This document shows, in pieces, positions 39,144 through 50,127 of a stretch of DNA of 64,000 bases. The translations under genes were made by a program, and so were the position numbers. Within the stretch, counting starts at the first letter, position 1; each line of letters starts with the position of its first letter. Below the pieces are notes generated by a model that saw only the letters and a list, made by a program, of their open reading frames with translations, was not told where the DNA came from and did no database searches. The DNA comes from Limnochordia bacterium (GTDB taxonomy: Bacteria > Bacillota > Limnochordia > DTU080): NCBI GenBank assembly GCA_050951545.1, contig JBMNJG010000004.1, positions 160,001 to 224,000 of the forward strand, given 5' to 3'.

Positions 39144-39759
39144 GGCGTTGGCCTGCCTTTGTGGGAACAGTAGATTGGTGCCATGGAGGCCGCCGAAACA
39201 GACGGTCGGCGATCAGGGCAGCGGTAGTAGCACAGGCGGTAGCGAAGCATGTGGCTGCCACGATGGATGTAGGGGCTTCCGATCCAGTGGCCCCTCTTAG
39301 AGCGATCACAGTGGTGGGGATGAGCGTCAAACCCGAGGCACATACAGCTACGAAGGTGCACATGGCATTGCTTGCCTGATGGGGTGTTCTGTTGATGGTC
39401 TGCAGCTCTTCCATGGCCCGGATCCCCAAAGGGGTAGCTGCGTTACCTAGACCCAAGAGATTCGCTCCGATAGAGATGAGAATGGCTCCCATAGCCGGAT
39501 GGTCTTTGGGCACGTCTGGGAAAAGCTGGCGGACAATGGGTGCCAAAAGCCGCGCCAGCATGCTGGTAAGGCCAGCCTCTTGGGCCAGCTGCATGATGCC
39601 CGACCAGAAAGCTAAGACACCAGTGAGCGAAATGGCAAGCTTTACAGCGTCGGTTGAAGAGACAACGATGACGGAAGTGATGTCGCCCACATCCCTGCCC
39701 TGCTGGGAGAGTATCGAGATGACACCCGTGACGATCATGATGAGCCAGACATGATTCAT
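39136..39759 (-). CDS. spmA: Spore maturation protein A
   Basis: LFPDVPKDHPAMG, ANLLGLGNAATPLG, LTLIPTTVIALR. Confidence 0.94.
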   Translation of the reverse strand: MNHVWLIMIVTGVISILSQQGRDVGDITSVIVVSSTDAVKLAISLTGVLAFWSGIMQLAQEAGLTSMLARLLAPIVRQLFPDVPKDHPAMGAILISIGANLLGLGNAATPLGIRAMEELQTINRTPHQASNAMCTFVAVCASGLTLIPTTVIALRGATGSEAPTSIVAATCFATACATTAALIADRLFRRPPWHQSTVPTKAGQRRV

Positions 39760-39960
39760 CAGATAGACTCACCTCCCAGAGATGACTGCTCGTAACATAA
39801 GACTACATCTCTTGGGGCCAGGCTAGAACCGCACGGTCCCCGTGCATGAGAAGAGAGCGAAACAGAGAGCCTTAGGAAGATTACGGGAGATAATACGTCT
39901 GGGAAGGCTCATGAGGTCAACCCTTGCCCAGCAATCCGTCTGCTGCATTCGACATGGCTG

Positions 39961-40019
39961 TTGCACCGAACGCGCAGGGAAATGATATAATGGGTTTGGC
40001 AAAGGTCAGAGAAGGTCAG
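39961..40019 (+). promoter_or_regulatory. ctsR operon promoter and CtsR box
   Basis: TGaTATAAT (39983-39991) followed by direct heptad repeat AGGTCAG-AGA-AGGTCAG. Confidence 0.75.
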
Positions 40020-40525
40020 TGATCCAAATGGCTACCTTAGCAGATCTTATTGAGGCGTATCTAAAGCGGCTTATCCACTCGCAGTCCGGATTCGTGGAGA
40101 TCAGGCGTGGGGATCTAGCAGACTCCTTTTCGTGCGCTCCTTCACAGATCAACTACGTGCTGGAAACGCGCTTCCGAACCGAGCACGGCTACCTCGTCGA
40201 AAGCAAGCGCGGGGGTGGCGGCTACATCCGCATCCGCAGAATGGTCGTAAGGCCTGAGGTCGGACTGTACGGGGCTATACGGGAATGCGTGGGCGAACAG
40301 ATCAGCGGAGCAGAAGCGAACATGTTGCTGAGTCGACTGGTTGAGCTTCAACGCTTGCCGCTACACAGAGCAAAGAGGATCTCGCGTTTTCTGCATGCGG
40401 AGATGGATGATCTCCCGTTGCCATGGAAGGATGTTCTGCGCGCTGGAGTACTCAAGGGAATGTTGCTCCTCTCGCTGGACATGGAATCAAACGAAGGTGG
40501 GGGAGAAGACGATGATGTGCGATGA
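40019..40525 (+). CDS. ctsR: Class III stress gene repressor
   Basis: LADLIEAYLK, CAPSQINYVLETRF, ESKRGGGGYIRI. Confidence 0.95.
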   Translation: MIQMATLADLIEAYLKRLIHSQSGFVEIRRGDLADSFSCAPSQINYVLETRFRTEHGYLVESKRGGGGYIRIRRMVVRPEVGLYGAIRECVGEQISGAEANMLLSRLVELQRLPLHRAKRISRFLHAEMDDLPLPWKDVLRAGVLKGMLLLSLDMESNEGGGEDDDVR

Positions 40526-41024
40526 GTGCCGGGAGCAGCCGGCGACCGTGATGGTTACTCGCATTGTGAACGGCGAGAAAACGGAATCTTATCTGTGCCA
40601 GGAGTGCGCACGCAAACAGAACAAGCTGGGTTTTCTCTCCGATACTGGCTTCACGTTTCACAATATCCTGGCGGGGCTTTTCGAGCCCGAGGTCGTATTT
40701 CCGGATGCCGTCTCAGCAAAGTCGAAGGTACGTTGCGCAAATTGCGGCCTCTCGTTCTCAGACTTTCGACGCCTAGGACAGCTGGGATGCAGTGAGTGTT
40801 ACACTCAGTTTGAGGCCCAGCTCGACCCGATTATCCGGCGTATTCATGGCGATGCACAGCATACTGGTAAGACGCCGGTAAGAAGTCGGGCGAGCAGTCT
40901 GCTTGGGGAGTTGGAGCAATCCCGACGCGAATTACGTGAAGCCATCGATCGCGAGGCGTACGAACAAGCTGCAGAGCTTCGAGATCGCATCAAGGCATTG
41001 GAGAAGCAGCTTGAGCAGTCCTAG
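40512..41024 (+). CDS. mcsA: McsA, activator of protein arginine kinase
   Basis: Four CxxC motifs, IHG...HTGK.P, C-terminal UVR domain. Confidence 0.93.
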   Translation: MMCDECREQPATVMVTRIVNGEKTESYLCQECARKQNKLGFLSDTGFTFHNILAGLFEPEVVFPDAVSAKSKVRCANCGLSFSDFRRLGQLGCSECYTQFEAQLDPIIRRIHGDAQHTGKTPVRSRASSLLGELEQSRRELREAIDREAYEQAAELRDRIKALEKQLEQS

Positions 41025-41041
41025 GCGAGGAGGAGCGACCC

Positions 41042-42100
41042 ATGTCTTTGCGGGACATCATTGGCAAGACACTCAGTGAATGGATGAAGGGCACGGGGCC
41101 TGAGCGTGACGTCGTCTTGTCTAGCCGAGTCCGTCTGGCCCGCAACCTGGCTGGCATTCCATTCCCCGCTACCGCACAAGATGATCAGCGGCGGCATGTG
41201 GTGGATCTTGTGGAGGCGGCAACGAGGCATCATCCGATCTTAGCAGAAGCGGATTTCGTGCGCTTGGCAGACGTGTCTACACTGGAGCGCCAACTGCTTG
41301 TGGAGAAGCATCTCATCAGTCCGCAGCATGCGAACGATGTGAAGCACAAGGCTGTTATTCTACGCAACGATGAAGCCGTGAGCATCATGGTCAATGAAGA
41401 GGACCATCTACGTTGTCAGGCCCTCTTTCCGGGTCTCCAGGTACAAGAAGCGTGGAAACTCTGTAGCCAGGTGGACGATGCGTTTGGCGAGCGACTAGAG
41501 CTGGCCAGCTCACCACGGTGGGGGTTCCTTACAGCGTGTCCGACCAACGTCGGCACGGGTATGCGAGCCTCGATAATGATGCATCTACCTGCTCTATCGA
41601 TAACAGACCAGATGAAACGCGTGGTGACTGCTGTCTCCCAGTTTGGGGTTGCTGTACGTGGCATCTATGGCGAGGGCACGGACGTTTTGGGCAATGTGTA
41701 CCAGATCTCCAACCAAGTGACGCTAGGGCATAGCGAGGACGAGATTATCGAGCATCTGGTGCAGCTGACTCGTCAGATCTTAGAGCAAGAGCGCAACTTC
41801 CGCGAGCGGATACGTACGCAGAGTCGAACGCAGCTGGAAGACCGAATCTTTCGCTCGTATGGACTGCTGACGAATGCCCGCATTCTCTCCACGCAAGAGG
41901 CCATGCAGCTACTGTCTGACGTCCGTCTGGGCATTGACATGGGGCTGGTGCAGGGGCTTGAGCCACGCATTCTGCAGGAGTTGCTGGTGATGATTCGACC
42001 AGCTCATCTGCAGAAACTGATGGGTTGCGAGCTTGATGCTCCTGAAAGAGATATGCGCCGGGCGGCGCTCATTCGAGAGCGAATGAAGCCGGCAGCTTAG
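41042..42100 (+). CDS. mcsB: Protein arginine kinase
   Basis: SSRVRLARN, LVEKHLISP, NEEDHLR, TACPTNVGTG. Confidence 0.96.
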   Translation: MSLRDIIGKTLSEWMKGTGPERDVVLSSRVRLARNLAGIPFPATAQDDQRRHVVDLVEAATRHHPILAEADFVRLADVSTLERQLLVEKHLISPQHANDVKHKAVILRNDEAVSIMVNEEDHLRCQALFPGLQVQEAWKLCSQVDDAFGERLELASSPRWGFLTACPTNVGTGMRASIMMHLPALSITDQMKRVVTAVSQFGVAVRGIYGEGTDVLGNVYQISNQVTLGHSEDEIIEHLVQLTRQILEQERNFRERIRTQSRTQLEDRIFRSYGLLTNARILSTQEAMQLLSDVRLGIDMGLVQGLEPRILQELLVMIRPAHLQKLMGCELDAPERDMRRAALIRERMKPAA

Positions 42101-42148
42101 GGAGTAGCAGCCAGTTTTCACGACATAGAGGATTGGAGTGAGCGATGA

Positions 42149-44596
42149 ATGTTTAGCAGATTCACGGAACGAGCTCAGAAAGTGGTCGTTCTGTCGCAAG
42201 AAGAGGCGAGAAGACTTGGGCACAACGTTGTTGGTACGGAGCACATCCTGCTGGGCCTAGCAGCGGAAGGCGAAGGCGTTGCCGCACGTGCTCTGCAGGC
42301 CATGGGCATCAGTCTGGAAAAAGTTCGCTTGGAGGTAGAGAACGTCATCGGTCGCGGCGAAGGCACCCCGCAAGGACAGATTGGCTTTACGCCGCGCGCG
42401 AAACGTGTACTAGAGCTGGCTTTTGAAGAGGCGCGTCAACTGAACCATACCTACATTGGCACTGAGCATATCCTACTGGGTCTCATCCGTGAGGGTGAGG
42501 GTGTTGCGGCCCAGGTTCTCAAGAACCTCGGGGCCGATCTGGACAAGGTGCGCCGACAGGTGGTCGATCTTTTGGGCGGAGCGTCGCAGGGTGCCTCAAA
42601 ACGCGAGGCCAGAGCACGCAAGACACCGACGCTCGACCAGTTCGGACGCGATCTCACGGAACTCGCTCGTGAGGAAAAGTTGGATCCGGTAGTCGGGCGC
42701 GAAAACGAAATCCAAAGAGTCATCCAAGTGCTCTCCCGGCGCACCAAGAACAACCCCGTCCTGATCGGTGATCCAGGCGTAGGCAAGACAGCCATCGTGG
42801 AGGGTCTTGCCCAGATGATCGTACAAGGCAATATCCCTGAGACGCTCAACGACAAGCGCGTGGTGAGCCTTGATTTGGGTGCCTTGGTGGCGGGCTCAAA
42901 GTTCCGCGGTGAATTTGAAGAGCGTCTGAAGAAAGTGATGGATGAGATTCGGGGTTCGGGCGATGTCATCCTGTTCATCGATGAGATGCACACCATCATC
43001 GGTGCGGGAGCAGCTGAAGGCGCTATCGATGCCTCGAATATCCTAAAGCCAGCTTTGTCTCGGGGCGAGTTGCAGGCCATTGGAGCGACTACCATCGATG
43101 AGTACCGCAAGCACGTAGAGAAAGACGCCGCGCTCGAGCGTCGCTTTCAACCCATCCTAGTGGATGAGCCCACTGTTGAGGAGACCATCCTCATTCTTGA
43201 GGTGCTGCGAGACCGCTACGAAGCCCATCATAGAGTGAAAATAACTGACGAGGCATTGGTTGCTGCTGCACGGCTTTCCGACCGTTTCGTTTCGGATCGG
43301 TTCTTGCCTGACAAGGCCATTGATCTGATGGATGAAGCAGCTTCGAGAGTGCGTCTATCCGGGCTAATGCCGCCTTCTGAGTTGAAGGATCTGGAACAAG
43401 AGATCGAAGAGGTGCGCCGAGAGAAAGAGGCTGCGACGCAAAACGAGGAGTTCGAGAAAGCCGCTTCTCTGCGTGACAAAGAAAAGGCGCTCATGGAGGA
43501 TCTGGACGACAAGCGCAACGAGTGGAAGTCGAGTCGGACTCGTCGCGATGGTAACGTGACTGAAGATGAGATCGCTCAGATTGTCAGCAGCTGGACGGGC
43601 GTGCCGGTAATCAAACTGGCCGAGGAAGAGAGCGAGCGGCTACTTAATCTCGAGGAAGTCCTACACAAACGCGTAGTGTCACAAGATGAGGCGATCGAAG
43701 CGGTGTCACGAGCCGTCCGCCGTGCACACTCCGGCCTGAAAGATCCCAAGCGCCCCGTCGGTTCGTTCATCTTCTTAGGACCCACCGGTGTAGGCAAGAC
43801 GGAGCTAGGTAGAGCCTTGGCTGAGGCCCTCTTTGGCGATGAGGACGCGATGATCCGCATCGACATGTCGGAATACATGGAGCGGCATACCGTGTCGCGG
43901 CTGGTTGGGGCCCCTCCGGGATACGTCGGTTACGAGGAAGGTGGCCAGCTGACAGAACGCGTGCGTCGTCGGCCCTACTCGGTGATCCTACTCGATGAGG
44001 TGGAGAAAGCCCACCCGGAGGTTTTCAACATCCTCCTGCAGGTTCTTGAGGATGGCCGTCTCACAGATGCCAAGGGGCGCACCGTTGATTTCCGTAACAC
44101 TGTGCTAATCATGACCTCTAATGTAGGGGCTCATGAGATCCAAAGAGAGACCACCATTGGTTTCAGACTAGAGATGGACGAGAAGGCTAGTTACGAGAGC
44201 ATGAAGACAAAGGTCATGGAGGAGTTGCGCCGCACCTTCAGACCTGAGTTCCTCAACCGTATCGACGAGGTAATCGTCTTCCATGCACTCAACAAAGAGC
44301 AACTGAAGAGCATCGTCGGGATCATGACGCGTGACCTGCAGAAGCACCTGAAGCAACGTGATGTGCAGCTTCAGTTCACTGAGGCTGCGAAGACCCTGCT
44401 CGCGGAGAAGGGGTACAATCCGGAGTATGGTGCTCGTCCGCTGCGCAGAGCCATTCAACGCCTCGTTGAGGATCCCCTCTCAGAGGAGATGCTGAAGGGC
44501 ACATTCGAGGACGGCGATGTTATTGAAGCAGACGCGGAAGGTGACAAGATCGTTTTCCGCAAGGCGGTGCAGGTTACCGCAGAGGATAGCGAATAA
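42149..44596 (+). CDS. clpC: ATP-dependent Clp protease ATP-binding subunit ClpC
   Basis: Double Clp-N repeats, two AAA modules ([16 protein letters not shown]), UVR middle domain. Confidence 0.98.
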   Translation: MFSRFTERAQKVVVLSQEEARRLGHNVVGTEHILLGLAAEGEGVAARALQAMGISLEKVRLEVENVIGRGEGTPQGQIGFTPRAKRVLELAFEEARQLNHTYIGTEHILLGLIREGEGVAAQVLKNLGADLDKVRRQVVDLLGGASQGASKREARARKTPTLDQFGRDLTELAREEKLDPVVGRENEIQRVIQVLSRRTKNNPVLIGDPGVGKTAIVEGLAQMIVQGNIPETLNDKRVVSLDLGALVAGSKFRGEFEERLKKVMDEIRGSGDVILFIDEMHTIIGAGAAEGAIDASNILKPALSRGELQAIGATTIDEYRKHVEKDAALERRFQPILVDEPTVEETILILEVLRDRYEAHHRVKITDEALVAAARLSDRFVSDRFLPDKAIDLMDEAASRVRLSGLMPPSELKDLEQEIEEVRREKEAATQNEEFEKAASLRDKEKALMEDLDDKRNEWKSSRTRRDGNVTEDEIAQIVSSWTGVPVIKLAEEESERLLNLEEVLHKRVVSQDEAIEAVSRAVRRAHSGLKDPKRPVGSFIFLGPTGVGKTELGRALAEALFGDEDAMIRIDMSEYMERHTVSRLVGAPPGYVGYEEGGQLTERVRRRPYSVILLDEVEKAHPEVFNILLQVLEDGRLTDAKGRTVDFRNTVLIMTSNVGAHEIQRETTIGFRLEMDEKASYESMKTKVMEELRRTFRPEFLNRIDEVIVFHALNKEQLKSIVGIMTRDLQKHLKQRDVQLQFTEAAKTLLAEKGYNPEYGARPLRRAIQRLVEDPLSEEMLKGTFEDGDVIEADAEGDKIVFRKAVQVTAEDSE

Positions 44597-44617
44597 GGCT
44601 GAAAGTAGCAGGTGGAC

Positions 44618-45958
44618 ATGGCGAGTCGACGAGCACGTACGACGTTTGTGTGTGTGGACTGCGGGGCAGAGTCTATGAAATGGATGGGGCGCTGCCCCAC
44701 GTGCCAGGCCTGGAATACCCTTGAGGAGAGAAATGAGAAGGTGGGCCCGGCGCCTGCTAGCCCGCACACGCTGTCGAAGCTGGTTAGCGAGGATGAAGAG
44801 CGCAAGCCAATCGAAGTCCCTGAGTTCGACCGCGTTATGGGTGGCGGTTTGGTGACCGGATCTCTTGTCCTCTTAGGAGGAGACCCAGGTGTAGGTAAGT
44901 CAACGCTTCTGTTACAGGTGGCAGAGGCTTATGCAAAGCGTTGGGGAGAAGCACTCTACGTGTCTGCCGAGGAGTCGGCCCGTCAACTTCGGTTGCGGGC
45001 CTCTCGGCTCGGCGTAGCTTCAACACAGTTGTCTGTGCTCAATGAGACCGATCTTGGTACCATCCTGGCGTATGTGGAAGCTGCCCGTCCGGGACTGGTG
45101 GTCATTGACTCCGTTCAAGCGATCTCGATGACGGGTATCGATTCTGTGCCGGGAAGTGTTGCCCAAACACGCGCCTGCACGTATGCGCTGATGCAGGTGG
45201 CGAAGACGCATGGTATCACGATCGTTCTTGTGGGCCACGTCAACAAGCAGGGGGCACTGGCTGGACCGAAAGTTTTAGAACATGCCGTAGACGTGGTTCT
45301 TAGCTTCGAGGGTGAACGCCACACGGCGTATCGCATGTTGCGCGCGGTAAAGAATCGTTACGGTTCGACAAACGAACTAGGCGTCTTCAGCATGAATGAG
45401 AGAGGACTCGAGGAGGTTGCCAATCCTTCTGCGCTGTTCCTAGCCGAGCGGCCGGAGGGGGCTCCAGGCAGCGTGGTAGTGGCCTGCATGGAGGGTTCGC
45501 GGCCCCTATTGGTGGAGATTCAAGCGCTAGTAGGACCCGCTCCGTACGGCGGTACGCCGCGGCGGCAGACGGCAGGCGTGGATCGGAACCGAGCCGCCAT
45601 AGTCTTGGCGGTTCTCGAGAAGCGAGCAGGAGTACAGTTGCAGGCCCACGATGTCTACATCAGTGTAGCAGGAGGGCTGGCTGTGGACGAGCCAGCCGCA
45701 GACCTGGGTATTGCGCTGGCGGTAGCGTCCAGTTTTAAGGGCCGCCATGTAGAGCCCCACACGGTAGTCTTTGGGGAGATCGGTTTGGTCGGCGAGTTAC
45801 GGCGAGTAAGTCACGCGGAAAGGCGCCTGAATGAAGCGCGTAAATTAGGTTTCCGACGTTGCATACTACCTAGCGGGGTCTCTGTGAGACAACCTGATGG
45901 GATCGACCTAGTCCCTGTGGCTCGACTTACACAAGCATTGCAGACTGTTCTCGAGTAG
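44618..45958 (+). CDS. radA: DNA repair protein RadA/Sms
   Basis: C4 zinc finger, GDPGVGKST, KNRYG motif, Lon-like C-terminus. Confidence 0.97.
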   Translation: MASRRARTTFVCVDCGAESMKWMGRCPTCQAWNTLEERNEKVGPAPASPHTLSKLVSEDEERKPIEVPEFDRVMGGGLVTGSLVLLGGDPGVGKSTLLLQVAEAYAKRWGEALYVSAEESARQLRLRASRLGVASTQLSVLNETDLGTILAYVEAARPGLVVIDSVQAISMTGIDSVPGSVAQTRACTYALMQVAKTHGITIVLVGHVNKQGALAGPKVLEHAVDVVLSFEGERHTAYRMLRAVKNRYGSTNELGVFSMNERGLEEVANPSALFLAERPEGAPGSVVVACMEGSRPLLVEIQALVGPAPYGGTPRRQTAGVDRNRAAIVLAVLEKRAGVQLQAHDVYISVAGGLAVDEPAADLGIALAVASSFKGRHVEPHTVVFGEIGLVGELRRVSHAERRLNEARKLGFRRCILPSGVSVRQPDGIDLVPVARLTQALQTVLE

Positions 45959-45989
45959 AGGCGGTCTGCTGTACTAAGAGGGTGAAGGG

Positions 45990-47075
45990 GTGTCAAGAGA
46001 AGCTGAGCAGACCGTGGATGAGCTGCTCCTGCGGACATTGCGTATGCTCTCTCCGGGAAGTGTGTTGCATGAGGCTCTGGAGAGCATTCTGCGCGCTCGT
46101 ACCGGGGCTTTGATTGTGGTCGGAGACAGCCCTGAGGTCTTGTCCCTTGTCAATGGGGGATTTCACATAGATGCGGAAATCACCGCTGCTGCTCTGTACG
46201 AACTAGCCAAGATGGATGGGGCTCTTATCCTTTCTCACGACACCAAACGAATTTTGTACGCGAACACTCATCTTACACCGGATCCGAGCATTCCCACACG
46301 CGAGACTGGCACGCGCCATCGGACTGCCGAACGCATAGCCAGGCAGACTGGCGAACTGGTGATTTCGATCTCCCAGCGGAGGAATGTGATCACTCTTTAC
46401 CGCGGCGCTATGCGCTATGTCATGCGGGACGTAGGTGTGATTCTGGCCAAGGCTAGTCAGGCGTTGGCTACGCTGGAGCGCTACAAGAGCGTTTTCAAGG
46501 AGGCCCTTCATAATCTCAGTGCTCTGGAGTTTGAGGATCTAGTTACGCTCTCGGATGTGCTGACGTGTGTGCAAAGGGCACAGATGGTACAGCGGATTGC
46601 GGCCGAGATTGGGCGCTACGTGGCCGAGCTTGGCTCTGAGGGGCGCCTCGTAGTGATGCAGTTGGAGGAGCTCCTCATGGATATGCACGATGAGGATCTA
46701 CTTGTTGTGAAAGACTATGCAGTAGACGGCCGCGATGAGAATCCTGATGAGGTCATGGCTGCCTTGCGGCAATGGACCAGCGAGGAATTGCTGGACCTCG
46801 CGCTGATCGCGAAGGCGCTGGGGATTCAGAAGACAGCCGCAGACCTCGACACGCCGATGACTCCGCGCGGTCACCGCCTGCTGCACAAGGTCCCTCGCCT
46901 ACCCGAGCAGGTCATCGCCAACCTCGTGGAGCATTTCGGTTCACTGCCCGAAATCATCGCTGCTTCTACGGAGGAACTCGACGTCGTGGAAGGAATCGGG
47001 GAAGTACGAGCTCGAGCGATCAGAGAAGGTCTGAGGCGTCTGCGAGAACAAGTGTTGCTCGAGCGGCCGCTATAG
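45990..47075 (+). CDS. disA: DNA integrity scanning diadenylate cyclase
   Basis: ELAKMDGA, ETGTRHRTA, C-terminal HhH. Confidence 0.96.
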   Translation: MSREAEQTVDELLLRTLRMLSPGSVLHEALESILRARTGALIVVGDSPEVLSLVNGGFHIDAEITAAALYELAKMDGALILSHDTKRILYANTHLTPDPSIPTRETGTRHRTAERIARQTGELVISISQRRNVITLYRGAMRYVMRDVGVILAKASQALATLERYKSVFKEALHNLSALEFEDLVTLSDVLTCVQRAQMVQRIAAEIGRYVAELGSEGRLVVMQLEELLMDMHDEDLLVVKDYAVDGRDENPDEVMAALRQWTSEELLDLALIAKALGIQKTAADLDTPMTPRGHRLLHKVPRLPEQVIANLVEHFGSLPEIIAASTEELDVVEGIGEVRARAIREGLRRLREQVLLERPL

Positions 47076-47130
47076 CTTGCTAGCGTCCATGGCATGGCAC
47101 ACTTGTCGAAGCTCGGATGTCTGCCGTTCA

Positions 47131-47159
47131 TTGACATAGCGGCAATCAAATGCTAGAGT
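47131..47159 (+). promoter_or_regulatory. SigA-type promoter upstream of carD
   Basis: TTGACA-17 bp-TAGAGT with a TG extension. Confidence 0.6.
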
Positions 47160-47193
47160 AAACAGTAGTGGGCATCCCGGGGGCTGGGAGGTT

Positions 47194-47679
47194 ATGCCAG
47201 GGATGTACGAAATAGGCGACAAAGTAGTGTACCCAATGCATGGCGCGGGAATCATAGAGGCCATCGAGGAACAGGAGATTCTCGGTGAAAGTCGACGTTA
47301 CTATGTCATGAAAATGCCTCTCGGTGACATGAAAGTCATGGTTCCGATGAAGAACGTTGAGAACTTGGGGGTACGCCAGATTGTCTCTGCAGAGGAAGTT
47401 GAGTCTGTCTTAGACGTCTTGCGGGGCGAGCGCTCCAAGATGCCTCAGAATTGGAATCGTCGTTACCGGGCTAATCTCGAGAAGATTAAGACCGGGGATA
47501 TCTACGAGGTAGCGGAGGTGGTACGCAACCTTGCTATTCGCGATCGAGAAAAAGGGCTGTCCACTGGCGAACGCAAGATGCTCGATAGCGCGAAGCAGAT
47601 CCTGGTAAGTGAGTTGGTCCTTGCCCAAGACAGCTCACGGGACGAAGTAGAAGCGATGCTGCAAGGGCTCCTTGAGTAG
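47194..47679 (+). CDS. carD: CarD/CdnL family transcriptional regulator
   Basis: GDKVVYPMHGAG, NWNRRYRAN, LSTGERKM. Confidence 0.93.
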   Translation: MPGMYEIGDKVVYPMHGAGIIEAIEEQEILGESRRYYVMKMPLGDMKVMVPMKNVENLGVRQIVSAEEVESVLDVLRGERSKMPQNWNRRYRANLEKIKTGDIYEVAEVVRNLAIRDREKGLSTGERKMLDSAKQILVSELVLAQDSSRDEVEAMLQGLLE

Positions 47680-47839
47680 GGTGCCCTTCCCGCCACGCCT
47701 GTGCCCCTACGTGGGCAACCGTTGTCCGCGATCGTTATACATCGCGTTTTTCGTGTTTAGACATAACCTGTCTTGCGTGGGAAATACTGCTCTGTGAGAC
47801 TGTGTTAGCGACGCGGTTCGTCTATCAGGAGGTGAGGGT

Positions 47840-48922
47840 ATGTTAAACGCCACACGCGTTCTTATGGCGTTGCTCGGGGGCACCATCGGATATTACTCAG
47901 CTTGGCACCTTGTGGCAACAGGCGTGTGGCCTACAGCGACGGACCATCCATGGGCCGTTCTTGCGGTAGGTAGTTTAGTAATGGCCAGTTTGGGGGCAGT
48001 GTTGACCCGCCATGTTGTCTCAGGAGTTCGACGGATTCTCACATCTTTTATCGCTGCCTTGCAGCATACACCCACGGTGGATGTTGCGGTGGGTTCCATC
48101 GGTCTCATATCGGGTCTGATCATTGGCATTTTGGCAACACTGCCTTTGCCACGCTCCATACCAGTGGTGGGCAGCGTTGTGCCTGTTGTTGTCACGCTTG
48201 TGCTCGGCTATGTCGGAGCCATGGTTGCGGTACGCAAACGGGATGACGTAATGCATATGTTCAGTCCGGGGGGCCGGTTACAAGGTCGAGACAGATCTAC
48301 TCGAGTTTCCAAAAGAGTGCCGAAAATAGTCGATACGTCGGTAATCATTGACGGTCGTATCGCTGACATTGTGCAGACCGGATTCTTGGAAGGACCCCTT
48401 GTGGTGCCTAGGTTCGTCCTAACAGAGCTGCAGCATATCGCCGATTCATCGGATGTGCTCAAGAGAAATCGGGGACGCAGGGGGCTCGACATTCTGAACC
48501 GCATTCAGAAGGAGTCGCGAGTGCAGGTGCAGGTAATTGAGCGCGACTTTGAAGAGCTGTCCGATGTGGATAGCAAACTAGTGCGTTTGGCTAAGCTGCT
48601 CGAAGGCAACGTCGTTACCAATGACTTCAACCTGAACAAGGTGGCTGAACTACAAGGGGTACGGGTGCTTAACATCAACGAGCTGGTCAATGCGGTAAAG
48701 CCGCTGGTGCTGCCCGGAGAAGAGATGGTTGTACACCTGATCAAGGACGGCAAGGAACAGGGTCAAGGAGTCGGTTACTTAGACGATGGGACCATGATTG
48801 TCGTGGATGGTGGCCGGCGCTACATTGGGGAGTCCATCGGAGTCTTGGTCACGAATGTCCTGCAGACGAACGCCGGGCGGATGATATTCGCTAAGCCCAA
48901 GGTGATGGAGAGGGCGCTTTGA
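47840..48922 (+). CDS. yacL: PIN/TRAM domain membrane protein (YacL-like)
   Basis: TM N-terminus, DTSVIIDGRI, TNDFNLNKVA, GYLDDGTMIVV. Confidence 0.9.
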   Translation: MLNATRVLMALLGGTIGYYSAWHLVATGVWPTATDHPWAVLAVGSLVMASLGAVLTRHVVSGVRRILTSFIAALQHTPTVDVAVGSIGLISGLIIGILATLPLPRSIPVVGSVVPVVVTLVLGYVGAMVAVRKRDDVMHMFSPGGRLQGRDRSTRVSKRVPKIVDTSVIIDGRIADIVQTGFLEGPLVVPRFVLTELQHIADSSDVLKRNRGRRGLDILNRIQKESRVQVQVIERDFEELSDVDSKLVRLAKLLEGNVVTNDFNLNKVAELQGVRVLNINELVNAVKPLVLPGEEMVVHLIKDGKEQGQGVGYLDDGTMIVVDGGRRYIGESIGVLVTNVLQTNAGRMIFAKPKVMERAL

Positions 48923-48923
48923 T

Positions 48924-50102
48924 GTGAGTATTCACGCAATTATCCCGGCGGCTGGGCAGGGGCGTCGCATGGGTGCCCCACACCCCAAGCAATACCTGAA
49001 GGTCAGGGGTAAGCCCCTTTTGGTCTGGACGGTACAGGCACTGACTGCTCACCCAAGGGTTGCGGGGGGTGTGGTTGTAGTCCCTGCTGGCGACGAAAGC
49101 TTGGTGCAGTCTCTGTTTCAGAAGTACGGATGTCATGGTCAGATGCAGGTAGTGGCTGGAGGTCTTGATCGGCGCGCATCTGTAGCAGCGGGCTTGGACG
49201 CCCTGCCGAACGATTGTGATGTGGTACTGGTGCACGACGGTGCCCGTCCTTTGGTCTCGCCTGAGGTAATAGAGCGAGTGGCAGATGCCGCTCGCTCTGG
49301 CGCGGTAACTGCCGCCTTGCCCGTACACGAAACGGTGAAGAGTGTCGAAGACGGGGTGGTTCTCCAGACCATCGATCGCAGCCAACTGTGGTCGATCCAG
49401 ACCCCTCAAGGTTTTCCCCGGGAGTTGCTGGCCCGAGCTCACGCGTTGCCTGACGATGGGGAGGCCACGGACGACTGTGCCTTGGTCGAGCGCCTAGGCG
49501 AAACGGTTCGGGTGGTAATGGGGGCTCCTGAGAACATGAAAGTAACCACGCCTGCAGACTTGCCCTTAGCGGAGTTGTGGCTGGCTCAAAGGGAAGTAGG
49601 GCCTTCATGTCCGGGCATGGGATTGGGCTATGATGTCCACCGTCTGGTCTCCGGCCGACCGCTCGTATTGGGTGGGGTAGAGATTCCCTATGAGTATGGC
49701 CTGCTTGGGCACAGCGATGCGGATGTCTTGGCGCACGCTTGCATGGACGCCCTATTGGGGGCTGCAGGGCTAGGAGACATCGGGCAGCACTTTCCGGATC
49801 ATGACCCTCTGTATGCGAGAGTCTCGAGTCTAGTGCTGCTACGACAAGTCATCGTCAAGCTAGACCATCTCGATCTCCGAGTTGGTGGTATCGATGCGGT
49901 TGTTGTGGCGGAGAAGCCCCGTCTCGCCGAGCACATCCCCGCAATGCGCACTCGCCTTGCGGAGGCTATGGGTGTCACAGCGGCTTGCGTCAATGTGAAG
50001 GCGACGACGAATGAGCGGCTCGGTTACCTGGGGCGGCAGGAAGCCATTGCGGCACAGGCGGTGGCTTGGGTGATGCCTGGTGGAAGGCGGCCTGACGACT
50101 GA
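48924..50102 (+). CDS. ispDF: Bifunctional IspD/IspF
   Basis: PAAGQGRRMG..PKQY, VHDGARP, QTPQ, then GYDVH, GHSDADV, GDIGQHFPD, KATTNE in one frame. Confidence 0.94.
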   Translation: MSIHAIIPAAGQGRRMGAPHPKQYLKVRGKPLLVWTVQALTAHPRVAGGVVVVPAGDESLVQSLFQKYGCHGQMQVVAGGLDRRASVAAGLDALPNDCDVVLVHDGARPLVSPEVIERVADAARSGAVTAALPVHETVKSVEDGVVLQTIDRSQLWSIQTPQGFPRELLARAHALPDDGEATDDCALVERLGETVRVVMGAPENMKVTTPADLPLAELWLAQREVGPSCPGMGLGYDVHRLVSGRPLVLGGVEIPYEYGLLGHSDADVLAHACMDALLGAAGLGDIGQHFPDHDPLYARVSSLVLLRQVIVKLDHLDLRVGGIDAVVVAEKPRLAEHIPAMRTRLAEAMGVTAACVNVKATTNERLGYLGRQEAIAAQAVAWVMPGGRRPDD

Positions 50103-50127
50103 TAATACCGGGCCGCCTTCCACCAGG

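Noticed and set aside
42451-43110. Long antisense ORFs over clpC (and similarly over ftsH, yidE, ispDF and cysS)
   Set aside because: Shadow ORFs expected in GC-rich coding DNA; no motifs
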